Source: a virus
Lineage: Duplodnaviria > Caudoviricetes
DNA: 39,275 bases
Strand: one strand, 5' to 3'
Virus record (IMG/VR): IMGVR_UViG_3300031566_000154
Location: 1-39,275 of that record
Position numbers and translations under genes: made by a program. Shown here piece after piece: positions 33,610 through 39,275 of the stretch; within the stretch, counting starts at the first letter, position 1, and the number at the start of each line of letters is the position of its first letter. Below the pieces are notes generated by a model that ran no database searches, was not told the origin of the DNA, and worked only from the letters and a program-made list of their open reading frames with translations.

Positions 33610-36600
33610 CGATCTGCCGTCGCTTGTACTCGGCCGCCATGCCCGTCTCGGTCAAGAAGCGCTGGCGCCGCTCCTGGTACGCCTGCATGGCTGCCTCGAA
33701 CCGGCTCCGGCCCTTCTCGTCCAGCCGCTCCAAGACCTTCTGCCGCCCCTTCGCCGTCATCGTCGGCGGGTAGGGCGCCTCGTCCGCGATCGCCTGGGCC
33801 ACTCGAGTCCTGGCCTCCGAGAACGTCAAGTCCTCTCGGTCGAGCAGGTACAGGATCGTGGCCTTGTAGGCAGCCTTCCAGTCGCCCGGGTCGTCAGACC
33901 AGAAGCTCGACCGCAGGGCCCGCAGGTAGGGCGTCCGCTCGGTCCGCTCGATCTCCATGCCACCCCGCGAGAATACCCCCTCCCGGATGCCGATCGTGCG
34001 GAACTGCGCCCGCACGAGCTTGTGCCGCAACTGGTCCTTGCTGCCATGCGCCTCCAGCACTTGTACCACGTCTCGGTAGAGTCCCATACTCCGCATCCCA
34101 ATGTCGTGCCCTGCCTGCCGAGCCGTCAGCTTCCCGCCCGCCAAGTCGAACATGTCCCGGGTCAGTTCCGTCGCCGCGTCGACGACGACGATCCCGGCGG
34201 CGTCCTTCCACCCACGGCCGCCCGACTCGAGGGCCTTGCTGGCGAAACTCGCACCCTCGACGGCCAGGAGGTTGTCGAGCATGCGGCGGGCTGTCGTCGC
34301 GTCCGCTGCCGGGTGCTCGCGCTTGAACAGGGCGTGGTAGAGGGCATAGAGTCCTTCGCCGGCCACCACGCCCCCGACCACGTACCGCGCCAGAGGCAGC
34401 ACGTCGCCCTGCTTGACGAGGGGCTGGACGACGTTCCGGACGTCGTTCACCAAGCCGGCATAGGCCATCCGATAGAACACGCTCCCTGCCCGGCCGACCT
34501 CGGTTGTGGCAGGAAGCGGCAGGGTGCGCGGGGTGGTCACGCCCTGAGTGCCCGCCGCCGACCAGTAGGCCACCTTCTCGAACAGCTTGCGGAACGGAGT
34601 GTAGGCGTCTCCGATGGTGCGGAAACTCGCCTTGCGCGTGAGGGCAACGTCGTGGAGCCGCTTGAGCGCTCCGATCTCCTTCGGGGTCAGGTTGATGATG
34701 TTCTCCAGGAAGTGCTGGGCGCGACCTGCCGCCTTGCTCCCAGGCCTGGCCTTGCCGAGCGCGACCAGGCTCTGGCCCAACCTGTGCATCCCGGCCTCGG
34801 CGGCCGTGCCGCGCAGGATGCTCTCGCCCACCCGATACCACGGGGAGAGCTTGCTGCCGAGCTTCCCGAAGGCCGACTCGATGACGTGGGCGCCTGCCTG
34901 AATGGCCCCAGCCCGCTGTGCCAGGCTCATTTCCGGCGCCTTGCCTTGCAGTCGCAGGCCCAGGTTCCGTGCCGCCTGCTTGCCCGCTGCGAAGGCACCC
35001 GCTACCAGGGACCGCCCCCCCAACGCGCTGTACGTCCGGTGGAGGCCGATGGCGACGTTCTTCGCCAGGGCCGTCTTGGCCGAACTCATGATGCTCCACG
35101 CGGCACCGCGGGCTACCTTGCCGACGAGACGCCCCGCAGGGCTCGACCCCTCCATGCCCATCTGCCGCACGATGGACGTGTACGCCGACCGCGCGGTGTC
35201 ACTACCCTGCTCGGCCGCGACTCGCTTCAAGGCGGGGATCAGATGCTCGAGCTTCTGGCCGAAGTACTTGGTCCCGGCGATCATCTTGGAGTAGCCGAAA
35301 GCCATATCCTGGGCCAACTTGCTCCAGGTGTAGGCGTAGGCGTTCGGCAGGAGGTCGAGGCGCCGCTGCTCGAAGCCGCCCCAGTGAATGCGCCGGGTCT
35401 GGCCCGTCACGCCGGGCGCCTCCTGGATCATCTTGGAGACGTCCGCCCAGGACGGCGCCTGGCCCGTCTGCTCCATGGCGGAGATCGCCAGCATGTTGCG
35501 GGCCACCTTGAGGGTCTTCGCCTGACCGGAGTCTACCAGGTGTTTCAGGTTCCCCTCATAGATGGGGCCCCGCCCCCGCATGATCTCCCGGGTGAACTGC
35601 GGATCCCAGGCTCGCCGCCAGTAGTCCTCGATCTTCATGTCGGCCAACGGCACCCACTTGGCCTTGCCTTTGGGAAGCTCGACGCGGACCCGCACACCGA
35701 GATCCGCCGCCTGCTTGAAGTGCCTGTTGAGGAGGGCCTTCATCTCGCCCGCGGCCGCCCTCGCCTCAGGGTTCAGGAGGACGCTTTCGGGGGCTCGACT
35801 GCGGAACTTCGGGTCGAGGAAGGCGCCCATGTGGTCGAACTCCGCCCGGCTCAGGCGGTGCCGAATGCGGATCGCCTCGGCCTGGTGCGCGAACTTCTCG
35901 GCGATGCTCGCGCCCTCCTGCTCGTAGTTGCGCATGGCCGACCGGACGCGCTTGCCTCCGATGGTCTTGCCGAGCTCGATGTCGGGGGAGAGGAACATCT
36001 GACGCATCGCGGAACCCGCCTTCGTCACCTTCGCGCCCACGCGCTCGTGGTGGATCTTCTTCCGCACGGCGTCCATGACCTGCTCGGCCTTCTCCCGAGT
36101 CTTCCGCATCCTGTCCAGGACGGCTTTCGGGATGGGCGAGCCCGCCGCCTCCCCGAGAGGCTTGCCGCCAGCTTTCGGCTCCCCGAAGGTCGCGCCCTTC
36201 CGGGCTACCACGCCAAACGCCTTGCCGAAGCGCTCCGCGGTCGTCGCCGCCGCAGGGTCCAGCAGGGACGGGCCGGCCGTGAACTGCTTGACCGCGCTCC
36301 GGAACTTCGCCGGCGAGGTCGCCAGCTTGTCGAAGGCATCCAGCATCATCCTCGCCTCGGGCCTCAAGGTGCGAGTTGTCTTCTCCCCGAACATCGCCGG
36401 CTGGTTCAGGTAGTCGTTGATCGTCTTGCTGTTGAACGGCTGGCCCGAGGCTTCGATCTCCGTGCGGAGAGTCATCGCCTCCTTGATCCACGGGACGAGG
36501 TTGGCCGGCCCCTTGACCTTGATGCCCCGAATCAGTTGGGGTAGCGCCTCCAGCATCGCGTTGCGCCACGAGGCGGGGAGCGCCTCGACCGTCTGCGGCG

Positions 36601-39275
36601 GGACGAGCTTCACCAGGGCCACGTTCGTCGCAAGCTCTTTCCCCAACGTGGTCAGGTTCTCGCCGTCGAAGAACTCCGTAAGCCGCTGAGGCGCGACCTT
36701 CGCCACCGCCTGCCGGAAGGCCGTCTTGAACTCCGAAGCTTGTGGCCCGGTCAGGGCGTCGGCAACCGTCGCGTTCTCAGGCACATTGGCCCGCTGAAGA
36801 ATCCTGTCAGGGATGAGTGAGCTGTACGTCTGCGCCACGCGGTAGATGTTCTGCGCCGTGATCGTCGAGACATTGCCCTCGGCGGCGAAGGCGGCCGACT
36901 GTGGAGTCCCCTCCTTGACCCCTTTGACCACGCGGACGAGCTCGATCCGCCCGAACTTCTTGCGGGCCGCGGCCACCTGCTCCGGTGTGAAGCCGAAATC
37001 CCCGGCAAGCTGGTCGAGCGCCTTGTCGTAGACCGCTCCCTTGCCCCGCATGTCCAGGGTCCGCTTCGCCAACGTCCGCTTCGTCCCGTTCAGCACGACG
37101 CCCGACTCGCTCACGATTGGCACACCCGAGTCGGCGCTGGGACTCGTGTTCAGCATGATGCTCATGGCTGAGGGATCGCGCTCGAACTTCGTCCGAAGGT
37201 CCGCTACCTGCTTCGCTTCCTCGGGAGCCGTGTAGTCCCGAGGCTGGTCGAGCTTGCTCTTGAACTTCGGGTTCTCAACGAACCGCTTTATGCCTTCGGG
37301 GTTGTGCGAGAGGGTGATGGAGTCAGCAGACACCAGGGCATACTCGCCCTCATAGTTGCCAGCCGAAGTTCGCATGGTCTGCTTCTTGCCTCGCACGACC
37401 CGTTCCTCTGGCAAGGCACCCTCGACTGGTGCAGCGCTCGGAGCCACGCGAGGAGCCGGGGGAGCCGCGGCCCGGACCCGCCGGCGCATCTCCTTCGCGG
37501 CCGAGTTGATCGCCTTGACGTCCCGATCCGTCAGATTCCCGGCCTTCGCCCTCGCCTCGACTTCGGACCAGAGCGCGGACTTCGCCTGTGCGCCACGCTC
37601 CAGCGACGCTCGGTGCGCCGGATCCTTGACCTGATCGTAGGTGCCCGTCCTGGTGCGGTCCAGCCAATGCTCACGGAGCTTCGTCACACGCTCTTGCAGG
37701 TAGGGCTCGGTCGGGCCGATCGGCTTCGGCGGGGCCGCCGGAGGAGGCGGTGCAGCCGGAGCTTGCTTCTGCCCGAATGGGAGTTGACCCGCTGGCGCTG
37801 GCGCCTTGCCCTGCCGCTTGGCGACAGCTTCTGCTGTGGCCTGCCTGACAACTTGCCGGGCACCCTCGATGCCGGCTGCACGGGCTTCCCCCGCAGCGGG
37901 GGTAGGGGGGAGAGGTGGGGGCGCAGGTGCCGGCGCCGGCGGCGGTGGCGGCTCAACACGGCCCGTCACTTGTCGCTCCAACGGTCCCGCCGCTTCCCCT
38001 CGCAGGTACGTCAACGCGCGTTCGACGACCGCAGGCCGGGCCTGCCGCTGGGCCTCCAGCCATCGCTCGACGTTGAAGGACCGATCGACCGCGCTACGAT
38101 ACTGCGCCTCTCGGATGAGGGAGGCCACTTCGGCATCGGGAGGTGTCGGCTGTGCTACGCGAAGCTCTGCCGCCCGGCGCAGGTTCGCCTCCCGTCCCTG
38201 CTCCGCGCGGGCTTGCCTGCCCTGGACCTCCTCGACTGCCCGGCCCTTCCGCGTCCCGCGCAGGGCCACGTCTGCCTCTTTCGACAGTTTGGCGTTCCGC
38301 TCCCACTCGGCGATCTTGGCCCGGGCCGAGACAAGATTCTCCGCGAGCGCCTTGTTCCGCTCGACCATCTTGACGTGCTCGGGATGCGTGCTTTCCCGGG
38401 GAGGCTCGATGCCCTGGGCCTTCATGCGCTCAATGGTCGCCTGCTCCAGCGCCCCCTTCTCCTTGGCCCATGCCTCAGGCGTCAGCTTCTCCTGGCCCCG
38501 TTCACGCCACAGCTTACCCTCACGGGCCGCCTCCCGCTGCTGCCCGGCTCCCAGGTGGGACTCAGCCAGCATGAGCTTCCGGAAGTGCCGCATCTCATCA
38601 CCCATGACCTCGAGGATCTTCGCCGGACGCTGATCGCCCAGGCGGGCGTCCACCTCGATCGTGATCCCCAAGCCGCCACCCTTCGCGCGCGTCGGCCGCG
38701 TCGTCGCCCAGGCTCTCGCTCGCTCCACAAGTCCTTCTACCACGTTCACCTGCGCGTTCTTCGGCAGCGCGGGATATGCCTTTGCGATCTGCCGGTAGGC
38801 GTGCAGGATGTTCCCCTGCTGTTGAGCTGTGCCGCCCTGGTACTGGATTGGCTCCATGCCCTCGGCGAGAGGCTTGACTTTCCCGCCGCTCCGGGCCGCA
38901 GCCTCCTTGATGAACTGGGCGACCTTGGTTCGTTCACCCCGGACCTGCCCGACGTGGCCGATGGCAGCCCACAGCGCACCCATCGCCGCTTCACGCGGGA
39001 GCCCCTTGAGCGATTCAACCGCAGCCTCTCCGAGTGGCTGACCCTTGTGCCAGCGCTGGGCCGTCTCACCGAGCATGCCCATCCCGCCCATCGCCACGGG
39101 ATGCCGCCACATGGCACTGCCGAGGCCGGTCCATGGAGTGATCGTCTTGCCCGCGGCCCGCGCCGCCTCCCGGCCGCGACCTGCCCAGGGCAAGAGCGCC
39201 GCGGTCGCAAGTCCCGTGCCCGCGCCGATTGCCGCCTGGCCCCCCCATTCTCCAACCGTATCGCCGCGCGCGCCC
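33500..39275 (-). CDS. Large polyvalent / ejection-type protein with ddrB-like ParB domain (5'-partial)
   Basis: Frame stays open to the window edge; YALVSADSITLSH..NP..QPRD..SADSGVPIV..GVVLNG..RT matches the ddrB-ParB pattern; Ala/Gly-rich helical C-terminal half. Confidence 0.75.
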   Translation of the reverse strand, partial: GARGDTVGEWGGQAAIGAGTGLATAALLPWAGRGREAARAAGKTITPWTGLGSAMWRHPVAMGGMGMLGETAQRWHKGQPLGEAAVESLKGLPREAAMGALWAAIGHVGQVRGERTKVAQFIKEAAARSGGKVKPLAEGMEPIQYQGGTAQQQGNILHAYRQIAKAYPALPKNAQVNVVEGLVERARAWATTRPTRAKGGGLGITIEVDARLGDQRPAKILEVMGDEMRHFRKLMLAESHLGAGQQREAAREGKLWRERGQEKLTPEAWAKEKGALEQATIERMKAQGIEPPRESTHPEHVKMVERNKALAENLVSARAKIAEWERNAKLSKEADVALRGTRKGRAVEEVQGRQARAEQGREANLRRAAELRVAQPTPPDAEVASLIREAQYRSAVDRSFNVERWLEAQRQARPAVVERALTYLRGEAAGPLERQVTGRVEPPPPPAPAPAPPPLPPTPAAGEARAAGIEGARQVVRQATAEAVAKRQGKAPAPAGQLPFGQKQAPAAPPPPAAPPKPIGPTEPYLQERVTKLREHWLDRTRTGTYDQVKDPAHRASLERGAQAKSALWSEVEARAKAGNLTDRDVKAINSAAKEMRRRVRAAAPPAPRVAPSAAPVEGALPEERVVRGKKQTMRTSAGNYEGEYALVSADSITLSHNPEGIKRFVENPKFKSKLDQPRDYTAPEEAKQVADLRTKFERDPSAMSIMLNTSPSADSGVPIVSESGVVLNGTKRTLAKRTLDMRGKGAVYDKALDQLAGDFGFTPEQVAAARKKFGRIELVRVVKGVKEGTPQSAAFAAEGNVSTITAQNIYRVAQTYSSLIPDRILQRANVPENATVADALTGPQASEFKTAFRQAVAKVAPQRLTEFFDGENLTTLGKELATNVALVKLVPPQTVEALPASWRNAMLEALPQLIRGIKVKGPANLVPWIKEAMTLRTEIEASGQPFNSKTINDYLNQPAMFGEKTTRTLRPEARMMLDAFDKLATSPAKFRSAVKQFTAGPSLLDPAAATTAERFGKAFGVVARKGATFGEPKAGGKPLGEAAGSPIPKAVLDRMRKTREKAEQVMDAVRKKIHHERVGAKVTKAGSAMRQMFLSPDIELGKTIGGKRVRSAMRNYEQEGASIAEKFAHQAEAIRIRHRLSRAEFDHMGAFLDPKFRSRAPESVLLNPEARAAAGEMKALLNRHFKQAADLGVRVRVELPKGKAKWVPLADMKIEDYWRRAWDPQFTREIMRGRGPIYEGNLKHLVDSGQAKTLKVARNMLAISAMEQTGQAPSWADVSKMIQEAPGVTGQTRRIHWGGFEQRRLDLLPNAYAYTWSKLAQDMAFGYSKMIAGTKYFGQKLEHLIPALKRVAAEQGSDTARSAYTSIVRQMGMEGSSPAGRLVGKVARGAAWSIMSSAKTALAKNVAIGLHRTYSALGGRSLVAGAFAAGKQAARNLGLRLQGKAPEMSLAQRAGAIQAGAHVIESAFGKLGSKLSPWYRVGESILRGTAAEAGMHRLGQSLVALGKARPGSKAAGRAQHFLENIINLTPKEIGALKRLHDVALTRKASFRTIGDAYTPFRKLFEKVAYWSAAGTQGVTTPRTLPLPATTEVGRAGSVFYRMAYAGLVNDVRNVVQPLVKQGDVLPLARYVVGGVVAGEGLYALYHALFKREHPAADATTARRMLDNLLAVEGASFASKALESGGRGWKDAAGIVVVDAATELTRDMFDLAGGKLTARQAGHDIGMRSMGLYRDVVQVLEAHGSKDQLRHKLVRAQFRTIGIREGVFSRGGMEIERTERTPYLRALRSSFWSDDPGDWKAAYKATILYLLDREDLTFSEARTRVAQAIADEAPYPPTMTAKGRQKVLERLDEKGRSRFEAAMQAYQERRQRFLTETGMAAEYKRRQIVSRMTSRARTPQLRERLRQRLEQRETQRGRQALEAM

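Noticed and set aside
33485-36544. 1019-aa plus-strand ORF
   Set aside because: Shadow of the polyvalent gene with R/L/G/H-rich non-protein-like composition.

Overview
High-GC (by eye about 68%) tailed dsDNA phage genome segment with no host genes. It has four transcription units. (1) Late operon on the minus strand, 11528 to <1: putative small terminase, large terminase, portal, scaffold, major capsid, beta-helix protein and several membrane/lipoproteins. A >1,900-aa polyvalent, ejection-type protein enters from the right edge on the same strand (>39275 to 33500). (2) Plus-strand putative pre-early operon, 12428-18646, behind a near-consensus sigma70 promoter: MoxR-like AAA ATPase, DUF3150-like protein, HExxH-metallopeptidase/vWA protein, small genes and a catalytically degenerate serine recombinase. 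(3) Minus-strand early/middle operon, 32042 to 18483: Xis-like HTH, YqaJ exonuclease, putative annealase, replication initiator with internal iterons, DnaC-like loader, about 15 small accessory genes, Gp37/Gp68 protein, Zn-finger-laden DNA methyltransferase and RusA. (4) An intact tyrosine integrase plus a small ORF. No cI-like repressor is recognisable. The most striking features are a palindrome-packed divergent promoter switch at 32073-32162 with an 11-6-11 recombinase-core-like site over the early -35 box, a second copy of its 12-bp core on the far side of the integrase, shared junction repeats in the accessory gene array, and an oriented AGGCCC / start-associated motif. All functional calls come from motif recognition by eye, with no database searches.
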